64,000 nucleotides of DNA from Bacteroidetes bacterium HGW-Bacteroidetes-4 (GCA_002840905.1 PHDD01000012.1:80144-144143), one strand, 5' to 3'. Shown: positions 16,548 through 27,038, counted from the first letter of the stretch. The notes: generated by a model from the letters alone, not told the origin. A program made the numbers and translations.

Positions 16548-16727
16548 CTTATACTGGGAGTAAATATATTATAACATCAATAAAAACATGGTTTTTAAGA
16601 CACTAAGCTTAAAAAGCCGCTTTATTGCTTACAAAAATAGAAAAAAACCATCCACTTGGTTCGTAATGGATAGGAAAAACCAATGAATTGCAAAAAAATA
16701 TAATCTTACCCTTTATAAGCCGGGGGC

Positions 16728-17210
16728 TTATTCTGATAAATTACTTTTCAGAAAATTAAGGGGCAATAGTTGGGCGATGTTTTTTATTGCGTGTAAACGT
16801 TGTTTCCCAACCAGAATTACTTCGATGGGTGATTCAAAACGCATTTCGGTTTCGAGCAAAACCTGACGGCAAGCCCCGCATGGAGGAACCGGAGTATTTA
16901 AAATACCGTTGCTGTTCGATGCACAAACAGCAATGGCTTTAACAGGTACATCGGGGTAATTTGAATTGGCATAAAAGATGGCCACCCGCTCGGCACACAG
17001 TCCTGAAGGATAGGCTGCATTTTCCTGGTTGTTGGCACTGAAAACTTCGCCATTGGCCAGTAAAACACTGGCTCCTACACTGAAATTGGAATAAGGTGCG
17101 TAAGCTTTCAGGGTAGCTTCGCGAGCCAGCGAAATCAGCTGCTGATATTCAGTCGAAAGCTCTTTTTCTGATTCGTATTCAAATACGGTAGTTATGTATT
17201 CCTTTTTCAC
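16728..17210 (-). CDS. cdd: Cytidine deaminase
   Basis: Zinc motifs CAERVAIF and PCGACRQVLLE. Size is 160 aa. Confidence 0.9.
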   Translation of the reverse strand: MKKEYITTVFEYESEKELSTEYQQLISLAREATLKAYAPYSNFSVGASVLLANGEVFSANNQENAAYPSGLCAERVAIFYANSNYPDVPVKAIAVCASNSNGILNTPVPPCGACRQVLLETEMRFESPIEVILVGKQRLHAIKNIAQLLPLNFLKSNLSE

Positions 17211-17545
17211 AAATAATTAATTTAGTTAAATTCGTGGCTGAACCTTCCGGACAACCTGGTTTAAATTAAGGACGCGGTTTTTTTTTGTCATTATCAACCC
17301 GTTTCCGTGTTTTTTAGCCGCCAAATGTACGAATTTTAATGGAAATTATCCTGTAAAACGATGCAAAACAATGCCGTTTGCCAATTATTTTTATAAAACT
17401 CAGCAAATTTTCCTATAAAAATTGAATACAACAGCAAGCTGGCTTTATTTGGGTTAAGTTGTTAATTATTATTTTACAAGTTTTGTGTTTGGGTGGTCAG
17501 GGGTAAACATAAAAGCTTTATTTTGGCAGTTTAAAAGAAAAATAC

Positions 17546-18484
17546 ATGAAGTTAATACTATTCAGCCTCCTTTTGGGGATGGGAACCAATATAGGTGCCC
17601 AGATATTAACCCGCGATGCCTATGTGGCACAATACAGCGATTGGGCGGTGGCCGAAATGAAACGGACTGGTATTCCGGCCAGTATTACCCTGGCCCAGGG
17701 TATTCTGGAATCGAATAACGGGAACAGTACCCTGGCGGTAAAAGCAAACAATCATTTTGGAATTAAATGCCATAAAGACTGGACCGGACGTACGTTTATT
17801 CATGACGATGATCGTCCTAACGAATGTTTCCGCCGGTACCGTTCAGCTTATGATTCGTTTAAAGACCATTCCGATTTTTTAACGCGGCATCAGCGCTATG
17901 CTTTTTTGTTTGAGTACGAAGTTACCGATTATAAAAACTGGGCACAGGGTTTGAAAAAAGCAGGCTATGCCACCCATCCCAAATACGATAAGCTTTTGAT
18001 TAAGATTATTGAAGAAAATAAACTGTATCGTTTCGATGATAAGAAATACAAACCCGAGAAATTCCTGGCCGAACGTGCGCAAAACTACCTTCCGATTGAT
18101 ATTGACGATTATGAAATCAATCCGTTTGGAAACGATATCCAAACCTACAACCGGATTGATTATGTGGTAGCCAAACCCGGAGATACACATCTTTCGCTGG
18201 CTGAAAAACACGAAATGATGCCCTGGCAGATACTTAAATACAACGAACTGGACTCTGGGCGCGAAATAAAGCCGGGCATGCGCATTTACCTGCAACCCAA
18301 GCGCCGCAAAGCCGATGTAATTCACAAACACCACATTGTGCAGGAGGGTGAGGACATGTATTCTATATCGCAGGAATATGGCATTAAACTAAAGCATTTG
18401 TATCGGCTTAACAATATGGAACCGGGTACAGTACCCGAAGTGGGACAGGAGTTATCGCTTAGGAAACGAATCAGGGAAAAATAA
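17546..18484 (+). CDS. Peptidoglycan N-acetylglucosaminidase (FlgJ-type glucosaminidase domain) with C-terminal LysM repeats
   Basis: Signal peptide, then GIPASITLAQGILESNNGNSTLAVKANNHFGIKCH. Two LysM-like segments are present: YVVAKPGDTHLSLAEKH... and HIVQEGEDMYSISQEYGIKLKHLYRLN. Confidence 0.85.
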   Translation: MKLILFSLLLGMGTNIGAQILTRDAYVAQYSDWAVAEMKRTGIPASITLAQGILESNNGNSTLAVKANNHFGIKCHKDWTGRTFIHDDDRPNECFRRYRSAYDSFKDHSDFLTRHQRYAFLFEYEVTDYKNWAQGLKKAGYATHPKYDKLLIKIIEENKLYRFDDKKYKPEKFLAERAQNYLPIDIDDYEINPFGNDIQTYNRIDYVVAKPGDTHLSLAEKHEMMPWQILKYNELDSGREIKPGMRIYLQPKRRKADVIHKHHIVQEGEDMYSISQEYGIKLKHLYRLNNMEPGTVPEVGQELSLRKRIREK

Positions 18485-18496
18485 CTCCGTTTTGCT

Positions 18497-19465
18497 TTAC
18501 CGGTTTAGTTTAAGTTGGTCGGCATAAGGCATTCCCCGAAGTACTTCGGTCACAGACATCCTTTTTTTGCCCGATAGCTGTATCTCGTGCAGATAAATGT
18601 AACCATCGATAACCACTATTTTAAGTTGCGTCTTGTTTTCGATAATCAGGGTTCCGGGCTCGAGATTATGCGGGTGGTTTTCAAATGTTGACAGGTAAAT
18701 TTTAAACGGAAGCAGTGAACCGTCGGGTTTTAGGAATTCGCTCCAGGCTGCTGGATGGGGGCTTAACCCCCGGATTAGATTGTGAATATCGAAGCCGGAA
18801 ACTTCCCAGTTTACCCTGCAATCGTCTTTGAATAGTTTGGGAGCCTGTTTCAGCCGGTTTTCGGCAATTTGCGACTGGGGAAGCTCCTGGTAATTATTAT
18901 CGATAATGGATTGGACGGTTTTTACCATGAGTTTTGCTCCCAGGTACATCAGCTGGTCGTGAATGTAACCGGCCGTATCGTTTGGAGCAATGGGAATGGC
19001 TTCCTGAAAAAGAATGTTCCCGGTATCAATTTCGTGTTTTAAAAAAAAGGTGGTGACTCCGGTTTTTTGTTCTCCGTTAATTATTGCCCAGTTAATGGGG
19101 GCGGCTCCCCGGTAATGAGGAAGCAGGGAACCGTGCAGGTTGATGGAACCAAAGGTTGGCATGTTCCAAACGCTTTCGGGCAACATACGGAAAGCAACTA
19201 TTACATTGAGGTGGGCATTAAGCTGGCGCAATTCCCCAAGAAATGCGGGATTTTTTAGTTTTTCGGGCTGTAGTACGGTAAACCCTTGCTGTTCAGCGTA
19301 TTTTTTTACTGCCGACTGTTGCAGTTTTTGCCCGCGACCGGCGGGTTTGTCGCTGGCTGTTACTACTCCAACCACCTGATAGCCGTTTTCGACAAGTGTT
19401 TTAAGGCTTTCAACTGCAAAGTCGGGCGTTCCCATAAATACAATTCTGAAGTCAGCTTTATTCAT
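18497..19465 (-). CDS. fmt: Methionyl-tRNA formyltransferase
   Basis: RIVFMGTPDFAVESLKTLVENGYQVVGVVTASDKPAGRGQK and the formyl-transferase core HGSLLPHYRGAAPINWAIINGE. Confidence 0.95.
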   Translation of the reverse strand: MNKADFRIVFMGTPDFAVESLKTLVENGYQVVGVVTASDKPAGRGQKLQQSAVKKYAEQQGFTVLQPEKLKNPAFLGELRQLNAHLNVIVAFRMLPESVWNMPTFGSINLHGSLLPHYRGAAPINWAIINGEQKTGVTTFFLKHEIDTGNILFQEAIPIAPNDTAGYIHDQLMYLGAKLMVKTVQSIIDNNYQELPQSQIAENRLKQAPKLFKDDCRVNWEVSGFDIHNLIRGLSPHPAAWSEFLKPDGSLLPFKIYLSTFENHPHNLEPGTLIIENKTQLKIVVIDGYIYLHEIQLSGKKRMSVTEVLRGMPYADQLKLNR

Positions 19466-19533
19466 TGTGTAACTGATTTTGTTGTTTGTGGTGCAAAACT
19501 ATTTATTTTGTCTGAGTTTAGTTTAATTGAAAT

Positions 19534-19562
19534 AAAAAAAGCTGCTCTATGCAGCTTTTTCT
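19534..19562 (-). terminator. Bidirectional rho-independent terminator
   Basis: An A-run, then AGCTGC (19540-19545), loop TCTAT, then GCAGCT (19551-19556) and a T-run. It lies directly downstream of the 691-aa gene. Confidence 0.7.
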
Positions 19563-19568
19563 TTAGTA

Positions 19569-21644
19569 TTATTTGTGAGCTTTTTCGTAGCAGCGAACCC
19601 AGTCGATTTCCATAGTGGCCGGCAGGTTTTCGGGATGGGTTTTATTGGCGATACCCGACGAAAACAAAAGGTATAAAGGTTCGTTGGGAATTCCCTGCGA
19701 TGTTGAAAATACATCTGTATTATTTATTTTCCAGGTAATTTTTTCGGGGGTCCATTCCATGGTATAGATAAAAAAACCTTTGGTGAAAGTGCTTCCGCCT
19801 ACCGAAGTACTAATTTTTTTGGCAGCTTTGGGGTTTTGCGCATCGCCAAAGTGCGTTGCCAGCTGCATTTTGTTTCGTTTGCTCATATTGAATTTGAGCA
19901 CATCGATTTCGGGAAGGATTTTCTCTCCCTTTAACCAAAATGCCTGATACACCGGATAAGCATCGGAGAGTTTTATTTTGGCTTCGAATTTTCCGTACAG
20001 TTGTCTGAAACTATGGGCAGAACTTAACATTCCCGAAGTATATTCAAAGTCCTGTTCCGAAAATCCGTGAACCGGATGCCAGACTTTTCCCCGGGCTTTT
20101 TCATTGCGGGTAACCAGTTTAAGTGTGGTTTCGTTTAATTCTACGTTTTGGTTGTCGGTGTAATATTGTTTGTCGCCGGCCATTACATAGCGATCATTTA
20201 ACAACATTTTACCCCAAAAGAAACTGTTCATCCACTTGGTTTCGTCTACTGAACCCTGATTGAAATCGTCTTCGAAAGTTAATTTCCAGGCTTTTAATGT
20301 ATCAAACTTATTGGAGTCTTTAACTTTAAAATACCAAACCAGGGATTCACTTTTCTGAAGTGCTTCAAATTCCTGTTCTTTTTGGTAGTCGTCGGTTTTT
20401 TTCCACTTGTCTTTGTCGAGCATGTAGTTTTTGTGGTTAATAAATTCTTCTGAATTTATTTCATTTTCAAGTGTTTGGTATTCGTTTAATAGCTCTGAAC
20501 CCTCGGTTTCAACAAAAGCCCGGTAAGGTTTTGAACTGATGAATTTCTGATGAAATTTAATGGGTTCGCTGTTTTTAAGTTGCTTGAATTCCTGTTCACT
20601 GGTAAAAGTGTCGGTGTTTTTGTAGGTCAGTGATTTCAAGGTTTCCTGGTATTCTTCCGATTGTAGATAGGCTCCCAGTTCTTCAAAATGCTTTAGCTCA
20701 TCCGATTCTTTAAAGCTCAGGTATTGATTTAACTGTTGTGAGTTGGCAAATTTTAAATAGCTTTTAATTTTAGCATCTTTCTTCAATTTCTCATATTGTT
20801 GTTCCTTTTTGTATTCCTCGGTGTTGGCATATTGCAATTGCCTGAGTTTGGTTTTGTAATTGTCGGAGTTTAAGTATTCTTTTAGGGCTTCGTACTCAAC
20901 CAATGGGGTGGGCTTTACGGCTTCTTCCTTGTTTTTTAGTTTTTGGTAGGCTTTAACTTCAGGATTGGAGAGCAGTTGTTTTAATACCTGCTTTTTTGCG
21001 ATTTCATTTTTTAACTGTTCCTGAAGTTCGGTTTTAAAGTTTTTTATGTGGTCTGAATTTACAAAGTCTTCCAATTCTTTATATGTAGCCAGTAATTCCG
21101 AATCGTGCAGTTCGTTGTATATTTTTAATTCTTTGCTGTTCTGAATTTTATAAAATCTTTTAATGGCGCTTGATTTTTTTTGTTGTTTGTATTGTTTTTG
21201 TTTATCCTGTTCTGCTTTTAGCTTTTGGTTAAGTTGCGACACATATTCTTTATGCTCATTGCCTTCGAACTGGCTTTGCAGTTCAAGATATTTTGCCAGA
21301 TTGTCTGATTCATTTATCGATAAAAAGCGTTGATAGTCTTTCGATTGCACTACCTTAAAGTAATTGACAATACGTTTGTCTTTTTTCAAATGCAGGAACT
21401 TTTGTTCTTTTTGAAAGGCCTCGGTTTTTTTGTAATCGAGTTCGTTTATGTTTTTTTTGTTGGTTTTAAACGCTTCCGATTCAATTAACTCTTTTAGCTC
21501 GTTATAAGATTTCAGTTCCGAACTTTCAGCAAATTCCAAAAGTTTTTGATATTCTTCAACCAGGGCATTGTGTGCCGATTCAATTTTTTCTGTCGATGGG
21601 ATAAGCCCCAGAGATGCACGTATTGAAAAACTAAAATTTGCCAT
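19569..21644 (-). CDS. Repeat-rich protein with a C-terminal GH16 (laminarinase-fold)-like domain, probably non-canonical
   Basis: The C-terminus reads YTSGMLSSAHSFRQLYGKFEAKIKL...YQAFWLKGEKILPEIDVLKF, resembling the GH16 core. The N-terminal ~450 aa consist of roughly 6 helical repeats such as Y(K/A)NTE.(F/Y).KEQ.(F/Y)..LK. No signal peptide is present. Confidence 0.65.
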   Translation of the reverse strand: MANFSFSIRASLGLIPSTEKIESAHNALVEEYQKLLEFAESSELKSYNELKELIESEAFKTNKKNINELDYKKTEAFQKEQKFLHLKKDKRIVNYFKVVQSKDYQRFLSINESDNLAKYLELQSQFEGNEHKEYVSQLNQKLKAEQDKQKQYKQQKKSSAIKRFYKIQNSKELKIYNELHDSELLATYKELEDFVNSDHIKNFKTELQEQLKNEIAKKQVLKQLLSNPEVKAYQKLKNKEEAVKPTPLVEYEALKEYLNSDNYKTKLRQLQYANTEEYKKEQQYEKLKKDAKIKSYLKFANSQQLNQYLSFKESDELKHFEELGAYLQSEEYQETLKSLTYKNTDTFTSEQEFKQLKNSEPIKFHQKFISSKPYRAFVETEGSELLNEYQTLENEINSEEFINHKNYMLDKDKWKKTDDYQKEQEFEALQKSESLVWYFKVKDSNKFDTLKAWKLTFEDDFNQGSVDETKWMNSFFWGKMLLNDRYVMAGDKQYYTDNQNVELNETTLKLVTRNEKARGKVWHPVHGFSEQDFEYTSGMLSSAHSFRQLYGKFEAKIKLSDAYPVYQAFWLKGEKILPEIDVLKFNMSKRNKMQLATHFGDAQNPKAAKKISTSVGGSTFTKGFFIYTMEWTPEKITWKINNTDVFSTSQGIPNEPLYLLFSSGIANKTHPENLPATMEIDWVRCYEKAHK

Positions 21645-21675
21645 ATAATTACCTAATGTTTATACAAAGTTAATA

Positions 21676-22881
21676 TTAAAGAGCTTTAGGCAAGGTAAAA
21701 TAAAAGGTAGTTTCTTTGTTAACTTCACTTTCGACCCAAATTTCACCCCCATTTTTTAAAACAAACTCTTTGCAAATAATCAATCCCAGTCCGCTGCCTG
21801 GCGCATCTTCCTGCGAAAGGTGTTGTTTCATATCAATTTTAAATAACTGGTTTAAAAGTTCGGGCTCAATTCCTTTTCCATTATCCCAAACTTTTAACTG
21901 AAGCATATCGCCATCTTCTTTTGCTTCAATGCGAACCAGGCCATTTTTTGGTGTAAATTTTAAAGCGTTTGAAAGTAAGTTTCTAAAAATAGTTTTCACC
22001 ATATCCACATCGATGTAAGCATGCAAATGCTTGCTAATAGATGTTTCAACCTTTATTTGGTTTTGACTGGCGTTTACATCGAGCAATTCAACTACTTCAT
22101 TTACAATTTCACTTATGTTGGCCCGTTTAAAGCTTATTTTTAAACTTCCGGTTTGCGATTTGGCCCATTGCAATAAATTTTCCAGAAGGTTAAAAGCTCC
22201 CCGGGAATATTTGTTTATTTGCTTAATGTATTCATGTGCTTGTTCCGGTGCAATTTTTTCCTGTTTCTGAATTAATAAATCGGAAATGCTGATTACGGTA
22301 CTAAACGGGTTCTTTAAATCGTGAGCAATAATCGTGAAAAATTTGTCTTTTGTTGCATTAACATCTTCCAATTGTTTTTTTTGCGTCTTGATGTTCTCTT
22401 TTTCTTCTTCAAGGGCAAATTTGCTGCGTTGAATCTCAAGAGTTCGTTTGGTAAGTTTTTCTTCCAGAATATTGTAGTCGCGTAAGCGTTTTATTAGCGA
22501 TACCAGAACATTTTTCCATAGCTCTGGGCGTTGTTGGGTTACCTGGTTAAAAGTGCTTTGTTTTAACTCCAGTAGTTTGCTATCGCGAATGGCAGTAACG
22601 GTAGCAGAGCGCACCGCACTGTCGATGAGTGAATATTCACCAAAAAACTGTTTATTGTTGAGTGTGGTAAAAATATAATCGTTGTCGTGTATTTGTACCG
22701 AACCTTCAATTATAATATACATTGCGTTTCCAATATCGCCTTTTTTAAATAGCGCTTCGTCTTTTTTGAGGTGAACTTCGGTCATACTTTTAACAAACTC
22801 CATTAAAATAGAATCATCAAAAGCAGAGAAAATTTCAACTTCTTTTAAGAGAAATAAAACTTCGTTGTTTAAGGTGCTCAT
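21676..22881 (-). CDS. Cyclic-nucleotide-binding domain fused to a histidine kinase
   Basis: cNMP-binding fold (GDIGNAMYIIIEGSVQI...FFGEYSLIDSAVRSATVTAIRDSKLLEL). H-box FFTIIAHDLKNPF. ATPase motifs DNGKGIE and GSGLGLIICKEF. Confidence 0.85.
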   Translation of the reverse strand: MSTLNNEVLFLLKEVEIFSAFDDSILMEFVKSMTEVHLKKDEALFKKGDIGNAMYIIIEGSVQIHDNDYIFTTLNNKQFFGEYSLIDSAVRSATVTAIRDSKLLELKQSTFNQVTQQRPELWKNVLVSLIKRLRDYNILEEKLTKRTLEIQRSKFALEEEKENIKTQKKQLEDVNATKDKFFTIIAHDLKNPFSTVISISDLLIQKQEKIAPEQAHEYIKQINKYSRGAFNLLENLLQWAKSQTGSLKISFKRANISEIVNEVVELLDVNASQNQIKVETSISKHLHAYIDVDMVKTIFRNLLSNALKFTPKNGLVRIEAKEDGDMLQLKVWDNGKGIEPELLNQLFKIDMKQHLSQEDAPGSGLGLIICKEFVLKNGGEIWVESEVNKETTFYFTLPKAL

Positions 22882-23261
22882 TACAAAAAAATTGCATGAA
22901 ATGTTTTTCGATTTGTGTACTAAGATAATTGTAAATATGAAGTTTTCAAAGTATGGGTGAAGCTCTTTTATTCATTTTTTTTAATATTTAGTAGTTCATG
23001 TTTGCTTTTATTAAACGTTAAAATATATAAGTTGTTGTTTGTTAACAGGATGGAGTGTTTAATTTTGTAAGAATAAATTTTATCAACTGCAACTATTTTA
23101 ATTCGGTTTGAACAAAAAAATGAACCATTATTCGTGTTCTTGATACTTTGCTTAAACCGGCGTTATCAATACTAGATTCTTTTAACTTAATATTGTTTAT
23201 AATTAAGCCCGTAGTCGAACTAATTTTTTTATTTTTATGGAGAATTCATTAAAAAAATAAC

Positions 23262-25304
23262 ATGAAAACCCCAGTAATAGTTTCTCAGGATAATTGGCTT
23301 ACTCCCTATAAAGATGTGATAAAAAAACGCATGCTTAAATCCTCTGATAAGAGGGCCGAGCTTTTGAACAAAAAACATCGCCACCTGGCTGATTTTGCTA
23401 ATGGCTATTTCTCGTTTGGATGTTTTTATGAAAACGATCAACTAATTTTTCGGGACTGGTTACCCAATGCAACAGCGCTTTATCTGTTAGGACCTTTTTC
23501 AAATTGGCAAGCTGATGAAAGATTCGCTTTTTCCAAATTGGATCATGGCGTTTGGGAACTGCGTTTAAAAAAAGGTGTGGTTAACCATCAGGATTTGTAT
23601 AAGTATATGGTATACTGGGATGGAGGCCAGGGCGAAAGAATTCCGGCCTGGGCCCGGCGAGTAGTTCAGGATGAAAATACAAAAATATTTTCGGCTCAGG
23701 TTTGGCTACCACAACAAGAATTTTTTTGGCAACACCCGCTTAAGAATAGGAATCAGGCACCCATAATCTACGAGGCGCATATTGGTATGGCGGGTGAGAA
23801 TGAGAAAGTAACAACTTATAAGGAATTTAAAGATCAGGTGTTGCCCCGCATTGTATCTTTGGGTTATAATACCATTCAGTTGATGGCCATTCAGGAACAT
23901 CCGTATTATGGATCGTTTGGCTACCATGTAAGTAGTTTTTTTGCAGCAAGCTCTCGTTTTGGAACTCCCGAAGATTTAAAAGCTCTTATCGATGAAGCCC
24001 ACAAACAGGGAATTCGTGTAATTATGGATTTGGTTCATTCCCATGCGGTAAAAAACGAAGTTGAAGGTCTGGGAAATTACGATGGAACCCGTTACCAGTT
24101 TTTTCATGAAGGAGCAAGGGGCGAGCATCCTGCCTGGGATTCGTATTGTTTTAACTATGGAAAAAATGAAGTATTGCATTTTCTTCTTTCCAATGTAAAA
24201 TTTTGGATTGAAGAATACCATTTTGATGGCTTCCGTTTCGATGGTATTACCAGCATGTTGTATTATGATCATGGTTTGGGACGCGATTTTACCAGTTACG
24301 ACCATTATTTCGATGGGGGACAGGACGAAGATGCCATTGTGTATTTAATCCTGGCAAACCAATTACTGAATGAATTGAATCCAAATGCCCTCAGTATAGC
24401 TGAGGAAATGAGTGGTTATCCGGGATTAGCTGCTCCGGTGGAATGGGGAGGCTTGGGTTTTTCACACCGGCTGGCTATGGGAATTCCCGACTTCTGGATT
24501 AAAACCCTGAAAGAAACAAAAGACGAAGACTGGGATTTAGGTAAAATTTATCATGAATTGACATCGAAAAGAGACGAAGAACTGGTTATTTCGTACACTG
24601 AATCGCATGACCAGGCTTTGGTTGGTGATAAAACCATTGCTTTTCGGTTGATGGATAAAGAGATGTATTTTCACATGTTGATCGACGATTCCAATCTGGT
24701 TATTGACAGGGGAATTGCTTTGCACAAAATGATTCGTTTGGCTACAGCCGCTTCAGCTGGTGGGGGTTACCTTAATTTTATGGGGAACGAATTTGGGCAT
24801 CCGGAATGGATTGATTTTCCCCGAGAGGGAAACAACTGGTCGTTTAAATATGCTACCCGTCAATGGAGCCTGGTGGATAGAGAAGATTTGAAATACCGTT
24901 ACCTGAATGAATTTGATAAGGCCATGATACACTTGATTGCTTCCAAAAAGCTATTGACCATATTCCCATTTTATCCGCAAAAAGTTGACAATGGGGATAA
25001 AGTGCTCGCTTTTTCGCGTTCCGATTTATTTTTTGTGTTTAATTTTCATTCAACCAAAAGTTATACCGACTATGGCATTGAAGTGCCTGAAGGTAGGTAC
25101 AAATATATTTTGGGAACCGATGAACTTCAGTTTGGAGGCTTTGGCCGACTCGATGAAACGCAGTTATTTGCATCGCTACCCATAGAAAGAGAAAGTAAAA
25201 AACACCAGATAAAACTTTATTTACCCGCACGCACAGCTCTTGTGCTTGAAAGAATACCAATACCTAAAGTTTATCAACGACTGGGTCTATTGAAGAACAA
25301 ATAG
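23262..25304 (+). CDS. glgB: 1,4-alpha-glucan branching enzyme (GH13, eukaryote-like type)
   Basis: QLMAIQEHPYYGSFGYHVSSFFAASSRFGTPEDLKALIDEAHKQGIRVIMDLVHSHA, FDGFRFDGITSML and ESHDQALVGDKT. Confidence 0.9.
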   Translation: MKTPVIVSQDNWLTPYKDVIKKRMLKSSDKRAELLNKKHRHLADFANGYFSFGCFYENDQLIFRDWLPNATALYLLGPFSNWQADERFAFSKLDHGVWELRLKKGVVNHQDLYKYMVYWDGGQGERIPAWARRVVQDENTKIFSAQVWLPQQEFFWQHPLKNRNQAPIIYEAHIGMAGENEKVTTYKEFKDQVLPRIVSLGYNTIQLMAIQEHPYYGSFGYHVSSFFAASSRFGTPEDLKALIDEAHKQGIRVIMDLVHSHAVKNEVEGLGNYDGTRYQFFHEGARGEHPAWDSYCFNYGKNEVLHFLLSNVKFWIEEYHFDGFRFDGITSMLYYDHGLGRDFTSYDHYFDGGQDEDAIVYLILANQLLNELNPNALSIAEEMSGYPGLAAPVEWGGLGFSHRLAMGIPDFWIKTLKETKDEDWDLGKIYHELTSKRDEELVISYTESHDQALVGDKTIAFRLMDKEMYFHMLIDDSNLVIDRGIALHKMIRLATAASAGGGYLNFMGNEFGHPEWIDFPREGNNWSFKYATRQWSLVDREDLKYRYLNEFDKAMIHLIASKKLLTIFPFYPQKVDNGDKVLAFSRSDLFFVFNFHSTKSYTDYGIEVPEGRYKYILGTDELQFGGFGRLDETQLFASLPIERESKKHQIKLYLPARTALVLERIPIPKVYQRLGLLKNK

Positions 25305-25307
25305 CAT

Positions 25308-27017
25308 ATGAGTAAAATAACAATTTATCAGGTTTTTACACGCCTGTTTGGTAATAAAAACAGTAAATTAAAACCCCACGGAACTTTTATTGAAAATGGC
25401 GTTGGAACTTTTTCCGATTTTACCGACAAAGCTCTACAGGAAATAAAAAAGTTGGGAATAACCCATATTTGGTACACGGGAGTTATTGAACATGCTACTT
25501 GCATAGAATACCCGGAGCATCAGATTAAAGGGCAGCATCCGGCAACGGTTAAAGGCAGAGCCGGTTCACCCTATGCCATTACCGATTATTATGATGTAAA
25601 TCCCTATTTGGCAACCGACGTTGAAAAGCGAATGGAAGAATTTGAAAGTCTGGTTTCGCGGACGCATAAAAACGGATTGCAGGTAATTATCGATTTTGTG
25701 CCAAACCATGTAGCCCGGCAATACGGTTCCGATGTTTTTCCGGAAAAAGATTTTGGTTTAAACGACGATGCGCATCAGGCCTTTTTACCTACGAACGATT
25801 ATTATTACCTCCCGGGTCAGCCCCTGGTTTATTCCGATACATTGGGTACGCCTTTGCCCGAAGATAAATTGGAGCCTTATCAGGAATTTCCGGCAAAGGT
25901 TACCGGTAATAATCAGTTTCACGCACATCCTTCAATAAACGATTGGTACGAAACCGTAAAATTGAATTACGGAGTCGATTATTTTAATGGAGAGAGAACT
26001 TATTTTGATCCGATTCCGCCACTTTGGGATAAAATGCTCGATATTTTAACATATTGGGCATCAAAAAAAGTAGATGCTTTTAGATGTGATATGGCTGAAA
26101 TGGTTCCCCTGGAGTTTTGGAACTATGTAATTCCGAAACTTAAAAGTTTGTATCCAAATTTGTTGTTTATAGCTGAGGTCTATAATCCTCAGTTGTATCA
26201 AAGTTTTATCCATGACGGACATTTTGATTATTTGTATGATAAGGTGGGCTTGTACGATGCGCTTAGGCAGATTATAAATAACAGAGAGGATGCCAGTGCA
26301 ATTACTCAGTGCTGGCAACATTTGAATAATCTGGATCAATACATGCTTCGCTTTTTGGAGAATCACGATGAGCACCGCATTGCCAGTGCACAGTTTTGTT
26401 ACGACCCGTGGAAAGCAATTCCGGCCATGTTGGTTTCAGCAAGTTTACATACCGGGCCGGTGATGCTTTATTTTGGTCAGGAAGTTGGAGAACCGGCTAA
26501 AGGGGAAAGTGGTTATAGCAGCGATGATGGAAAAACCACCATCTTTGACTTTTGGAGAGTTCCCGAACATCAGAAATGGATGAACCAGGGGAAGTTTGAC
26601 GGAGGAGGTTTGGATGAAAACCAGAAAAAACTGCGTGAAACTTACCGTCAAATTTTGAATCTGGCCATAAATGAACCCGCTATTTCGCAAGGTAAGTTTT
26701 ACGATTTAATGTGGATGAACCATTTTGAAGGCGGCCCCGATCATCGGTTTAATTATGCTTACCTGCGTTATTTTGAAAAAGATACCCTGCTATTTGTTGT
26801 GAACTTCGATAATTTTTCGGAACACCGGTTTCGGTTAAAAATTCCTGAACATGCTTTAAACGAAATGGGTACTGATATTTATGGAACTTATGGTTTAATT
26901 CCTTTATTTGGCCAGGCAGATCCACAGGAAATAAAGATAGTTGATATTGCTTATGTAGGAATTGAAATTGTACTAAAACCAAACAGTGCTTTGGTTTATC
27001 GCTTGTCAAAGGTTTAA
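25308..27017 (+). CDS. Alpha-amylase family (GH13) protein, cytoplasmic
   Basis: The four GH13 regions are visible: VIIDFVPNHVA, VDAFRCDMAEMVP, FIAEVY and FLENHDEHR. No signal peptide. It starts 3 nt after glgB. Confidence 0.85.
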   Translation: MSKITIYQVFTRLFGNKNSKLKPHGTFIENGVGTFSDFTDKALQEIKKLGITHIWYTGVIEHATCIEYPEHQIKGQHPATVKGRAGSPYAITDYYDVNPYLATDVEKRMEEFESLVSRTHKNGLQVIIDFVPNHVARQYGSDVFPEKDFGLNDDAHQAFLPTNDYYYLPGQPLVYSDTLGTPLPEDKLEPYQEFPAKVTGNNQFHAHPSINDWYETVKLNYGVDYFNGERTYFDPIPPLWDKMLDILTYWASKKVDAFRCDMAEMVPLEFWNYVIPKLKSLYPNLLFIAEVYNPQLYQSFIHDGHFDYLYDKVGLYDALRQIINNREDASAITQCWQHLNNLDQYMLRFLENHDEHRIASAQFCYDPWKAIPAMLVSASLHTGPVMLYFGQEVGEPAKGESGYSSDDGKTTIFDFWRVPEHQKWMNQGKFDGGGLDENQKKLRETYRQILNLAINEPAISQGKFYDLMWMNHFEGGPDHRFNYAYLRYFEKDTLLFVVNFDNFSEHRFRLKIPEHALNEMGTDIYGTYGLIPLFGQADPQEIKIVDIAYVGIEIVLKPNSALVYRLSKV

Positions 27018-27038
27018 TTCCGATTTAAAATTCCGACT

